Below are positions 44,543-55,383 of a DNA stretch of 64,000 bases, one piece after another. The notes beneath the pieces were generated by a model. That model worked only from the letters and a program-made list of their open reading frames with translations, searched no databases and had not been told where the DNA came from. The DNA is taken from the NCBI GenBank assembly GCA_009781075.1, contig WQYU01000001.1, positions 5,373 through 69,372 of the forward strand, written 5' to 3'. The position numbers were made by a program, and so were the translations under genes. Position 1 is the stretch's first letter. Every line of letters begins with the position of its first letter. This DNA comes from Paludibacter sp. GTDB taxonomy: Bacteria > Bacteroidota > Bacteroidia > Bacteroidales > Paludibacteraceae.

Positions 44543-46729
44543 ATGAAACAAGTGAAGAATTTTGAAAAATTTGAAGAAGATGTAAAATCCTTATATGAGT
44601 CCTTTGGCTTTAAAGTATATAAAGACGTTTTAATAGATGCCAACCAAATTGATTTAATTGCCGAACTTCAAAAAGCAGGAGTATTGTATAGAAACATGAT
44701 TGAATGCAAAGCATATAGTGAAAACGTTGGTATTCAAGAATTAAATATATTCATAGGGAGATTTTTAACTGCAAAACAGAATAAAAAAGCGGATAAAGGT
44801 ATTTTTGTTACAACGACTGGTTTTACACGGGATGCGAAAGAGGCTGCTGCCAACGCTGGAATAGACCTTTTTATTTATTCTGACCTCCTTAAAGAATTAC
44901 AAAATTTTGAACCACTTGCAGAAAAAATGGTTACAGACTGGCATTCTTCTAAAGAGTACTCATATTACGTTGAGCCATTTGGTAAATTAGATGGACAAAA
45001 TGAAGAATCACCACTTATTGATATCATCAACTTAAAACTAAATTCAAAAAAAGGAGAAGTAATCGCATTATTGGGTGAATATGGTTCAGGTAAATCAATT
45101 TTCTTACAAAAACTTGCTGCTGATTTCGCTGCCAAATATTTATCGTCTAAATATCATGATAAAATTCCAATATTTATTAAACTTAGAGAATTACAATATT
45201 TCAGGGATATAAAAGATTTAATTAAACACACTATTTCTCAGCAAGGAATCGAAGTGTCCAAAAATAATATATTCGACGAGATGTTAAGAAATGGCAAATT
45301 TCTTCTTTTGTTGGATGGATTAGATGAAATTACCCCAGATGTTGATGAAGATGTTATTATTGAGCAACTTTCTAGATTAAATGAAATAATGATAGAGGGC
45401 AGTAATGTAATTATAACTAGCAGGTCGAATTTTTTTCAGGGTAAGCAAAGAGCTAAAATGATTTTACAAGATTTAGAACGCACTAGTTTAGAAAAATCTG
45501 CATCTCCAAGAAAATCATTTGCTGTGGTATGGCTTCAGGATTTTAGTGATACTCAAATAAGTGATTTTTTAAAGAACCGAATACCTAAAGACGCAAATGA
45601 TTGTTTTAAAATGCTTAAAGAAACATATAATCTTGAAGATTTAGCGAAAAGACCTATTTTGTTGGATATTATTTCAAACATGATGCCTGAAATAAAGAAA
45701 TTGAAAGGAGAAGTTAATGCTGCAAAATTATATGAAATATATACCAACTTATGGATAGACAGAGAAAAAAAGGAAAGAAATACTTCTCTTTCTAAAAAAA
45801 TAAAAAGACAATTCTGTCATGAGGTCTCATGGCATCTATTTATACATTCGTTGCTTGAAATTAGTTTTAGTGTTCTTACTAAAAAAATAAAAGATGTAGT
45901 TTCTCGGATAGAAGGTAGTGATGAAATCTCTGGAGCAATATTATTTGATGCACAAGTTTGTTCTTTTATGGAAGTAGGTGAAAACAAAACATTACATTTT
46001 GCTCATCGTTCATTTTCTGAATTTTTTTGTGCTCAAAAATTATGTAATGAAATAAATAATAATGATTTATCCTCATATCGTTTAAAATGCTTAACTCCTG
46101 AAATTCAATTTTTCTTACTTGATTATATTGGTAAACATGACTGCAAAAAAATGTTTCTCAACTGGGCGGCAAACCAAGATGATTTTGACTTAAAGGGGAA
46201 AGCACTTTGGTCAATGAATATTTTGGGAATCAATATAAAAGATTACAATCTCGAAAATGCTAATTTTAGTCATACACGATTTGAAGGTTTTGTATTTGAA
46301 GGGCTTAATTTGTCAAATTGTAATTTTCATGGTTCAAATCTTAATGGAGCAAAATTTATCAATTGTAATTTGAATAATTGTGTATTCCATAATGCAAATT
46401 TAGAAAACTCTGATTTCAGTTCTTCGTATGGTGAGCAAATTGATTTTTCCAACGCGAAACTTAATGAAACTAACTTTCTAAATACGAATTTTCATAAATG
46501 CAATTTGAAAAATTCAATCTTGTCAAATGCTGAATTAACTCATTGTGATTTAAGAGATTCAAATTTACAAAGAGCAGTTTTCTACCAAACAGATATTCAA
46601 AATGCGGATTTGAGAGGTACAAAAATTATCAAAATAGATATAGTAAGTAAATGTAAAAACTGGGAAAGTGCAGAATGGGACAAAGCAAATTTGAGCAGAT
46701 TAAATGAGGCAAAAAAAAGATATTCTTAA
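44543..46729 (+). CDS. Mrr-like PD-(D/E)xK nuclease / NACHT NTPase / pentapeptide-repeat protein (candidate NLR-type antiphage defence)
   Basis: The ORF track starts at TTG 44537, so I use the ATG at 44543. N-terminal ...QIDLIAEL...MIECKAY... is the nuclease motif. Walker A GEYGSGKS (nt 45074-45097), Walker B FLLLLDGLDE and the NACHT-type FAHRSFSEFFCAQ are present. About 130 aa of A(N/D)LxX pentapeptide repeats cover nt ~46244-46640. Confidence 0.85.
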   Translation: MKQVKNFEKFEEDVKSLYESFGFKVYKDVLIDANQIDLIAELQKAGVLYRNMIECKAYSENVGIQELNIFIGRFLTAKQNKKADKGIFVTTTGFTRDAKEAAANAGIDLFIYSDLLKELQNFEPLAEKMVTDWHSSKEYSYYVEPFGKLDGQNEESPLIDIINLKLNSKKGEVIALLGEYGSGKSIFLQKLAADFAAKYLSSKYHDKIPIFIKLRELQYFRDIKDLIKHTISQQGIEVSKNNIFDEMLRNGKFLLLLDGLDEITPDVDEDVIIEQLSRLNEIMIEGSNVIITSRSNFFQGKQRAKMILQDLERTSLEKSASPRKSFAVVWLQDFSDTQISDFLKNRIPKDANDCFKMLKETYNLEDLAKRPILLDIISNMMPEIKKLKGEVNAAKLYEIYTNLWIDREKKERNTSLSKKIKRQFCHEVSWHLFIHSLLEISFSVLTKKIKDVVSRIEGSDEISGAILFDAQVCSFMEVGENKTLHFAHRSFSEFFCAQKLCNEINNNDLSSYRLKCLTPEIQFFLLDYIGKHDCKKMFLNWAANQDDFDLKGKALWSMNILGINIKDYNLENANFSHTRFEGFVFEGLNLSNCNFHGSNLNGAKFINCNLNNCVFHNANLENSDFSSSYGEQIDFSNAKLNETNFLNTNFHKCNLKNSILSNAELTHCDLRDSNLQRAVFYQTDIQNADLRGTKIIKIDIVSKCKNWESAEWDKANLSRLNEAKKRYS

Positions 46730-47036
46730 ACCGCTGAACAAATTCAAGTTAATGAAAGATGTATTATATAGAAAAAATAAGAACTGCCGCTACCACGTTC
46801 ACTACACTTGTAACGAAACAAAACTATTGATTTTAAATACTACAATTCGGACGAATATGCGCTCACTTGCGCAAAACCGCTATATAAGCGAAAATGAGTG
46901 GAACGAAATTTCCGCTTATCGTCCCGCTCCAAATAGTCCTGTCTTCGCGCAAAAGCAAAAAAATAAAAAAGATAGGATTGTTTCCGTCTATAAAATTTGC
47001 ATACCGCAATAGTTATTACCAGTTTAGTAGATTCAT

Positions 47037-48320
<1,284 letters not shown>

Positions 48321-48445
48321 TTATGTATTATATTTTTTATATTTTTAAGATTTCACACTTTCAAAAAAACGCCGCAAAATTACATGAAATTTTTTTATTT
48401 AAGTAGTAAGTTTTAATACTTTAAAAAATTTTAAGTTAGATTAAA

Positions 48446-49345
48446 CTAACTTACCGTAGCAATGAAAATATCATTCATATTAGGCAGTTGCTCTTCAAAA
48501 GAAATGATTTGCGTTTGCTGCATAAGTGTAGTTAGCAGTTCATTATTCGAAATTTGCGGTGGTTTTGAAATCGTATAATCAAATGTTCCGTTTTTCAAAA
48601 CGTTTTTATTTAGGATAATAAATTGATTGTCAATAAGATTAGAAGTTGTACAGACAACAAATTTATTTGTAGAATGCGCTGCACGAATTTGTTCAACATT
48701 TCCCTGCAAAACAACTTTTGCATTGTTTATCAACGAAATATTTTCACAAAGTTCCTCAACAGACGCCATATTATGAGTGGAAAATATAACCGTAGCGCCA
48801 TTGTCGCGCAGTTCGAGGATTTCGTTTTTCAGCAGTGCAGCATTCACGGGGTCAAATCCGCTGAATGGCTCATCAAAAATCAGGAGTTTCGGGCGGTGAA
48901 TTATCGTTGTAATAAATTGTACTTTTTGCGCCATTCCTTTCGACAATTCTTCAACTTTTTTGTTCCACCAACTTTCAATTTCAAACTTTTTAAACCAAAA
49001 TTGTAACTGATTTAAAGCATCACGTCTGGTCATACCTTTCAGTCGTGCAAGATAAAGCGCCTGCTCACCTATTTTCATTTTTTTGTACAATCCTCGTTCT
49101 TCGGGCAAATAACCTATTTGCACTATGTCGGATGTAGTCATTTTCATTCCATTTAGCAGAATTTCACCGCTATCGGGAGCAGTAATCATATTTATTATGC
49201 GAATAAGTGTGGTTTTTCCTGCACCATTAGGTCCGAGCAAACCATAAATTGTCTGTTGAGGGACGTTCAAACTCACACCATCTAATGCTCGATGACCTGA
49301 ATATTGCTTTACAACATCTTTTATTTCTAAAAAATTACTATTCAT
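48446..49345 (-). CDS. ABC transporter ATP-binding protein
   Basis: Walker A GPNGAGKTT, signature LSKGMAQK and Walker B LLIFDEP. No adjacent permease gene is present. Confidence 0.88.
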   Translation of the reverse strand: MNSNFLEIKDVVKQYSGHRALDGVSLNVPQQTIYGLLGPNGAGKTTLIRIINMITAPDSGEILLNGMKMTTSDIVQIGYLPEERGLYKKMKIGEQALYLARLKGMTRRDALNQLQFWFKKFEIESWWNKKVEELSKGMAQKVQFITTIIHRPKLLIFDEPFSGFDPVNAALLKNEILELRDNGATVIFSTHNMASVEELCENISLINNAKVVLQGNVEQIRAAHSTNKFVVCTTSNLIDNQFIILNKNVLKNGTFDYTISKPPQISNNELLTTLMQQTQIISFEEQLPNMNDIFIATVS

Positions 49346-49451
49346 CTTTAAAAAATTTTTTGCAAAGGTAAAAGATTTTTTCTTAAAAATGGTTAAATTT
49401 ATTACTTTTGTGCAACGTTTTTATTTGATAAATCATCTTATCTACAAATAA

Positions 49452-49988
49452 ATGCTGATTGAAAGGTCTGACAACGAATTGATAACTGCCTGCAAAGGCG
49501 ACGAAATGTGGGCAAAGAAGGCATTGTACGAGCGATTTGCGCCGTTGATGTTAAGTATTTGCACACGTTACTGCGGGAACAGGGAGACGGCGCGCGATGT
49601 GTTGCAAGATGCTTTCATTAAGGTTTTTACAAAAATAAAGGATTTTAAGGCAGAAGGAAGTTTTGAGGGTTGGCTGCGGAGAATTGCTGTTACCACATCG
49701 CTCGAAAAAATGCGCCGCCGCCGTGAAATTTCATTAGAAGAATCGTTGAATGAGACAATCGAATCGGAAGATTATAGCATATTTGAAAAACTTTCGGCGG
49801 ACGATTTGCACCGCATGATTTCCGAACTGCCGCAGATGTGTCGAGTAGTATTTAACCTTTATGCCGTTGAAGGATATTCACACAAAGAAATAGCACAAAT
49901 GATTAATATTAAAGAGATTACATCACGTTCGTATTTTTTCAGAGCAAGAGAAATTTTAAAAGAAAAAGTAAAATTATTTATTATTTAA
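49452..49988 (+). CDS. ECF-type RNA polymerase sigma-70 factor
   Basis: Region 2 (ARDVLQDAFIKVF) and region 4 (VFNLYAVEGYSHKEIAQMINIKEITSRSYFFRAREIL). Confidence 0.88.
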   Translation: MLIERSDNELITACKGDEMWAKKALYERFAPLMLSICTRYCGNRETARDVLQDAFIKVFTKIKDFKAEGSFEGWLRRIAVTTSLEKMRRRREISLEESLNETIESEDYSIFEKLSADDLHRMISELPQMCRVVFNLYAVEGYSHKEIAQMINIKEITSRSYFFRAREILKEKVKLFII

Positions 49989-50022
49989 CAATTTAACATT
50001 TTTTAAATTTACAAAAAATAGA

Positions 50023-51258
50023 ATGAAGACAAAACACAATATCTTACAGGAAAAACTCCAAAAACATAAATTGCCGATTGATGACACGTTTTGGGAGGAG
50101 ATGCAGGGACGTTTGCAAAGGCAAAAACGGAAGAAAATTGTCCCGCTTTGGTGGGCGAGCGGTATTGCTGCTGCGTTGGCTGCCATTGTGCTGCTGCTAA
50201 TGCCAAAGCAGGAACCAAGTACGGAAATTGCTGATTTTCAAAATAATAAGATAGAACAAAATGAAAGTCCGAAAATTTCGGAACAAAAGGAAACAATGGA
50301 TTTACAAACGCAAATCCAAAAAAATGTAAAACAAAACAGTTCTGCAAATCAACAAGTTAAGGAAAATTTTATTATTGAAAAAAAATATTTGGAAACTGAA
50401 AATCAACAAGTTAGCGACACTCTTTCGGATGATACAAAAAATATTATTAATGAAAATGAAAATAAAAGTGAAAATCAATATCAAGCCAAAAATAAAAATG
50501 ATTATCAGGAACTTAAACCTCTAAAAACGCTTGCCGATTACGAAAATTTTGCCGAAAAAAAGAGGAAACAAAAATTTCACAAGGGGCTTTATTTGGCTGC
50601 AAATGTTAGTTATGGAAGTGGAGCAGACGATTTTACACAAGGCGAAACCATTAAATCAAGTCGCGCTCCGGCTTTGGCAAATGAAACCGATGGCGTTGCC
50701 ACAAGATTGGACAATAAACAGGCGGACATATCGCTTCGTGAGTTGCTTATGGAATATCCGAAGACAACATATATGCCGCCGCTGTCGGTTGGAATAACGG
50801 TGCGCAAAAAGATTGCCGAATTCTTTTCGTTGGAAGCGGGCTTGGTTTATACTTATTTGAATACTAAATTTTATACCAGTGACAACAACGAACAGCAAAC
50901 AGCAACACTACAACTGCATTATTTGGGTATTCCATTGAACGCAGTTTATACCTTTATCGACCACCCAAAATGGACACTTTATGCATCGGCAGGGGCGATG
51001 ATAGAAAAAGGCTTATCGTATAATTATCAAAAATATTCATCGTTTGATGAAAAACCGGAAACTTATACAGGACAAGTGGAAAGGATACAACTGTCGACAA
51101 ACGGGACAATAGGGGCAGCATTGATTTTCTCAAAAAATCTTAGCGTTTTCCTTGAGCCGCGCATATCGTATTTTTTTGCAAATAAGCAGCCGATAAGCAT
51201 CCGCACCGACAGCCCGCTGCACTTGGAACTCGGAACAGGCTTGCGAATCGGTTTTTGA
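50023..51258 (+). CDS. Anti-sigma-like single-pass membrane protein fused to a porin-type beta-barrel domain
   Basis: Short cytoplasmic N-terminus, a TM helix (WWASGIAAALAAIVLLLM), a low-complexity N/Q/E/K linker and a C-terminal OMP beta-barrel-like region ending LRIGF. Confidence 0.65.
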   Translation: MKTKHNILQEKLQKHKLPIDDTFWEEMQGRLQRQKRKKIVPLWWASGIAAALAAIVLLLMPKQEPSTEIADFQNNKIEQNESPKISEQKETMDLQTQIQKNVKQNSSANQQVKENFIIEKKYLETENQQVSDTLSDDTKNIINENENKSENQYQAKNKNDYQELKPLKTLADYENFAEKKRKQKFHKGLYLAANVSYGSGADDFTQGETIKSSRAPALANETDGVATRLDNKQADISLRELLMEYPKTTYMPPLSVGITVRKKIAEFFSLEAGLVYTYLNTKFYTSDNNEQQTATLQLHYLGIPLNAVYTFIDHPKWTLYASAGAMIEKGLSYNYQKYSSFDEKPETYTGQVERIQLSTNGTIGAALIFSKNLSVFLEPRISYFFANKQPISIRTDSPLHLELGTGLRIGF

Positions 51259-51338
51259 TAAGGAAGTAATCTTTTGCTTTCAATTCAAAAAATTTATGTA
51301 ATTTTGGAACCGAATAAATTTGAAATTAATATAATACA

Positions 51339-52094
51339 ATGATAAAAACAGCATTAGTAACAGGTGCTACAGCAGGTTTTGGACGCGCAATTGCATTACG
51401 GCTGGGGAAACTCGGTTACAGGGTGATTATCACCGGCAGGCGCAAAGAACGTTTGGAAGATGTAGCAAAAGATTTACAAAATATTGGTACAGAAGTATTT
51501 GCATTAAATTTTGACGTGCGCAATTTTGAAGCATCGCAAAAAGCGATAGAAAGTTTGCCCGAAAAGTTTAGGCAAATTGATTTGTTAGTCAATAATGCAG
51601 GCTTGGCAGCGGGTCAGGCGCCTTTTGACAAATGCGTTCTCAACGATTTTGAACGTATGATTGATACCAATATTAAGGGCTTGATTTATGTATCAAAACT
51701 TATTATTCCTCAAATGGTTGAGCGCGGAAGCGGACATATCGTTAATATTTCGTCTATTGCGGGTATTGATGTTTATCCCGGCGGAAATATTTATTGCGCC
51801 ACAAAACACGCTGTAAACGCAATTACAAAAGGGATGCGGCTTGATTTGTTAGACAAGGGAGTAAAAGTCAGTTCCATTTCACCCGGAATGGCAGAGACCG
51901 AGTTTTCGCTTGTGCGCTTCGATGGCGATGAGCAGAGAGCAAAAAGCGTTTACGACGGGCTTGTACCGATGGATGCCGATGATATTGCAGATGCACTTGA
52001 ATTTATCATTACACGCCCTCCCCACGTTTGTATTCAGGATATTTTACTTACTCCTTCGGCGCAGGCAAATGCTTATGTCTCTTTTAGAAAGTAA
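51339..52094 (+). CDS. SDR-family NAD(P)-dependent oxidoreductase
   Basis: TGATAGFG cofactor motif, NNAG and YCATK (YxxxK). Confidence 0.88.
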   Translation: MIKTALVTGATAGFGRAIALRLGKLGYRVIITGRRKERLEDVAKDLQNIGTEVFALNFDVRNFEASQKAIESLPEKFRQIDLLVNNAGLAAGQAPFDKCVLNDFERMIDTNIKGLIYVSKLIIPQMVERGSGHIVNISSIAGIDVYPGGNIYCATKHAVNAITKGMRLDLLDKGVKVSSISPGMAETEFSLVRFDGDEQRAKSVYDGLVPMDADDIADALEFIITRPPHVCIQDILLTPSAQANAYVSFRK

Positions 52095-52175
52095 AATAAC
52101 AGAAATATGTTTGGTCATTTTTTGTACAACTAAAATCTGTTAATAATATTTTAGGGGGTTTCCGTTATTTTTTAC

Positions 52176-52183
52176 TACTTTTG
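52176..52183 (+). promoter_or_regulatory. -7 promoter box (TACTTTTG)
   Basis: TAnnTTTG match 30 nt upstream of the ftsK ATG. Confidence 0.45.
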
Positions 52184-52212
52184 CAGTCAAAAAATATTTA
52201 GAACAATAAACA

Positions 52213-54690
52213 ATGGCGTCTCGAAAAACCCGCAGACATTCAGCACAAAAAAATTCTTCGCACAAGCGGCACAAGTCGGTGAAAACAAAAGCAACGAAAA
52301 AGAGAAGTTTTTTCGCCTTTTTGCGTGCATTTTTTTGCGACTACCGCGTTCATTTTATTTTTGGAATGTTTGTTCTAATTTTTGTACTCTTTTTGGCTGT
52401 TTCGTTTGTTTCGTTTTTTTTCACCGGCGCTGCCGATTTTAATGTTACAAATTCTAACAATATAAAAAATGTAACAGGAATGGGAGGCGCTCACATTGCC
52501 GAGTTTGCTATCAACTATACTTTTGGCGTTTCTGTGTTTTTTATCCTTGCATTCCTTGCTGTGGCGGCATTTTGGCTTATGCGGTGGCGATTTTATCCTG
52601 TATGGAAAGCATTGTTGCACGCTACTTTTTGGACTGTTTGGCTGTCGGTTTTTTTATCTTTTACTATCGATAAATGGTTGCCACTTCCGTACATCTGTCT
52701 CGGCGGACAACACGGGAAAACGATTTCTCAGTGGCTTATTGCGCGTATCAATGATATAGGATTAGCATTGGTTTTGCTCGGCTCGATAATTGCTTATTTA
52801 ATTATTTTTTCTAAAAAAACTATTCCTTTTATTAAAAATTTCATTAAAAATATTTTTAAAACTAAAAAATTATTTAAAATAAATAAAAAAGAAAGCAAAT
52901 CGGTGAGAATAGGTGATGATATTGTACCCGAAGAATGGGTTTCTGTTGCAAGAAATGAAGATGATAATCAGGAATTTGAAATTATTAACAGCCAAAACGA
53001 AGAATATCAAAATGAAAGTGGTTTTGAAAATATCAACGACCGAATTGAGAATATTGGTTTTGAGATACAAAACGCTGGGAATCAGTTAATTAATAAAAAT
53101 GATGATAAGAAAATTAATGCTCCCAATGCAAACGATAGCGAAGATAATGACCCAAATTACAATCTTGAAAAACTTGGAAAATACGACCCCACACTCGACC
53201 TCTCTCATTATAAATTTCCAACGCTCGATTTGCTGAAAATTTATGATTCGGAGAGTAGCGTTGCCATTGACATGGAAGAACAAAACGCTAATAAAAAGCG
53301 GATTATCACTACTTTACTAAATTATGGCGTAGAAATTGACAGTATCAAAGCCACTGTCGGACCAACAATCACTCTCTACGAAATAGTGCCGAAGGCGGGC
53401 GTTAGGATTTCAAAAATTCGTAACCTTGAATCGGATATTATGCTTTCGCTTGCCGCAACAGGTATTCGTATTATTGCACCAATTCCCGGCAAAGGAACAA
53501 TTGGAATTGAAGTTCCGAACAATGCACCGCAAATTGTGTCGATGCACTCGGCTATTGCCTCCAGAAAGTTTCAGGAAAGTAATTTTGAATTGCCGATAGT
53601 TTTTGGAAAAACCATTACAAACGAGCCGTTTATGTTGGATTTAACAAAAATGCCGCACCTGCTCGTTGCCGGTGCAACAGGTCAGGGAAAATCCGTTGGG
53701 CTGAACGCAATTATTACTTCTCTTTTATACAAAAAGCATCCTGCTGAATTAAAATTGGTATTAATTGACCCAAAAAAGGTTGAATTTAATATTTATTCTG
53801 ATATTGAGCGGCATTTTTTAGCAAAACTTCCGGATGGCGACGAGGCAATAATTACCGATACCTCAAAAGTTGTGCAAACACTAAATTCGCTTTGCAAAGA
53901 GATGGACGACCGTTATGATTTGCTCAAAAAGGCGCATACGCGAAATTTGAAAGAATATAACGAAAAATTTATAAATCGCCTTCTAAACCCTGAGAAAGGA
54001 CATCGTTTTCTGCCTTATATTGTTGTAATTGTAGATGAATTTGGGGATTTGATAATGACTGCCGGCAAAGAGGTTGAGATGCCGATTGCCCGCATTGCGC
54101 AGTTGGCTCGTGCTGTTGGAATTCATATGATTATAGCGACACAACGTCCGTCTGTAAATATTATTACCGGAATTATTAAAGCGAATTTTCCTGCTCGTGT
54201 GGCGTTTAAGGTTTCTTCAATGATTGATTCTCGGACAATTCTTGATGCACCCGGTGCAAATCAACTTGTAGGACGGGGAGATATGCTTTTTTCTCAAGGC
54301 AACGACCTTACGCGAGTACAGTGCGCTTTTGTTGACACGCCCGAAGTTGAAAAAATTGTACATTATATTTATGGTCAGCAGGGTTATCCAACCGCATTTT
54401 ATTTGCCGGAATATGTTGGCGGCGAAGGTGAGGCACTCAGTAGCGATGCGGTTGACCTAAACAAACGCGACCCGATGTTTGAAGAGGCAGCGCGGCTGAT
54501 TGTGTCAAGTCAGCAGGGAAGTACTTCGTTGATACAAAGGAAGTTCTCTATTGGCTATAATCGTGCAGGAAGATTGATGGACCAACTTGAAGTTGCCGGA
54601 ATTGTCGGAGCAATTCAAGGCAGTAAGCCGCGTGAGGTACTTATGCAAGATAATTATCAATTGGAACAGTTATTGCATAGATTGCCGTAA
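52213..54690 (+). CDS. ftsK: DNA translocase FtsK
   Basis: N-terminal TM helices, a low-complexity linker, the motor domain (AGATGQGKS Walker A, VVIVDEFGDL Walker B, IATQRPS) and a gamma domain. Confidence 0.93.
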   Translation: MASRKTRRHSAQKNSSHKRHKSVKTKATKKRSFFAFLRAFFCDYRVHFIFGMFVLIFVLFLAVSFVSFFFTGAADFNVTNSNNIKNVTGMGGAHIAEFAINYTFGVSVFFILAFLAVAAFWLMRWRFYPVWKALLHATFWTVWLSVFLSFTIDKWLPLPYICLGGQHGKTISQWLIARINDIGLALVLLGSIIAYLIIFSKKTIPFIKNFIKNIFKTKKLFKINKKESKSVRIGDDIVPEEWVSVARNEDDNQEFEIINSQNEEYQNESGFENINDRIENIGFEIQNAGNQLINKNDDKKINAPNANDSEDNDPNYNLEKLGKYDPTLDLSHYKFPTLDLLKIYDSESSVAIDMEEQNANKKRIITTLLNYGVEIDSIKATVGPTITLYEIVPKAGVRISKIRNLESDIMLSLAATGIRIIAPIPGKGTIGIEVPNNAPQIVSMHSAIASRKFQESNFELPIVFGKTITNEPFMLDLTKMPHLLVAGATGQGKSVGLNAIITSLLYKKHPAELKLVLIDPKKVEFNIYSDIERHFLAKLPDGDEAIITDTSKVVQTLNSLCKEMDDRYDLLKKAHTRNLKEYNEKFINRLLNPEKGHRFLPYIVVIVDEFGDLIMTAGKEVEMPIARIAQLARAVGIHMIIATQRPSVNIITGIIKANFPARVAFKVSSMIDSRTILDAPGANQLVGRGDMLFSQGNDLTRVQCAFVDTPEVEKIVHYIYGQQGYPTAFYLPEYVGGEGEALSSDAVDLNKRDPMFEEAARLIVSSQQGSTSLIQRKFSIGYNRAGRLMDQLEVAGIVGAIQGSKPREVLMQDNYQLEQLLHRLP

Positions 54691-54725
54691 TTTTTTTATC
54701 TTAATGTTATAAATAAAAATTTTTC

Positions 54726-55358
54726 ATGAAAAAAATATCTTTTATAATTACAATTTCTATTTTATTGATTTCCAATATATTGAATGGACAAACTGCAACA
54801 AAAATCATTGATAATCTAATTTTGCAGGCAAAAACCAATGCTATTAGTACCGATTTTACGCTAACAGTTAAGGAAAAAAATTCAAAGCAGGGGCAAACAA
54901 TCAAAGGAAATTTTACAATGAAGTCAAACAAGTTCATTATGAAGATGAACGAAATGGTCGTGTATTTCAATGGTAAGACGCAATGGGCTTATTCTTCTGA
55001 AAATAAAGAGGTTACTATTACCGAGCCAACATCAGAAGAACTTGCCCAAATAAATCCGATGGCGGTGTTGTATAGTTATCGCGAAACTTTTGATATAAAA
55101 TTTGCTGCAAACAATTCAAATTCAGCAAATTATGTGATTGAAATGACCCCTAAAACAAAAATTTCGGATTTGGATAAAATGATAGTAACTATTGAGAAAA
55201 CAACCGGTAATTTACTGTCGATTATGCAAACAGAAAAGAATGGGAATGCGCTCACACTCACTTTGTCCAATTATCAAAGCAAAATCGCAATTGCCGATTC
55301 TGCATTTGTTTTTGACATAAAAAAGAATAAAAATGTGAGTGTTAATGATTTAAGATAG
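54726..55358 (+). CDS. LolA-like outer-membrane lipoprotein carrier protein
   Basis: Signal peptide and 210 aa. It lies immediately downstream of ftsK, as in many bacteria. Confidence 0.7.
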   Translation: MKKISFIITISILLISNILNGQTATKIIDNLILQAKTNAISTDFTLTVKEKNSKQGQTIKGNFTMKSNKFIMKMNEMVVYFNGKTQWAYSSENKEVTITEPTSEELAQINPMAVLYSYRETFDIKFAANNSNSANYVIEMTPKTKISDLDKMIVTIEKTTGNLLSIMQTEKNGNALTLTLSNYQSKIAIADSAFVFDIKKNKNVSVNDLR

Positions 55359-55383
55359 TCTTTTTATTGGGAAATACATTTGA

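Noticed and set aside
44492-46792. 12-nt inverted repeat flanking the NACHT gene (tagcggcaattc at 44492-44503 and gaactgccgcta at 46781-46792), possibly the ends of a mobile cassette
   Set aside because: Only 11/12 positions match, there is no extension, and there is no target duplication. The match is too short to distinguish from chance in 64 kb.
46704-47012. 102-aa ORF overlapping the 3' end of the NACHT gene and filling the NACHT-enolase gap. It could have been a second gene of the putative defence system.
   Set aside because: It has no promoter box, its composition is odd (K/N/R-rich and Cys-containing), and it spans the hairpin-rich segment. It also overlaps the antisense ORF 46840-47049. 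I treat the gap as non-coding, although a short partner protein cannot be formally excluded without homology data.
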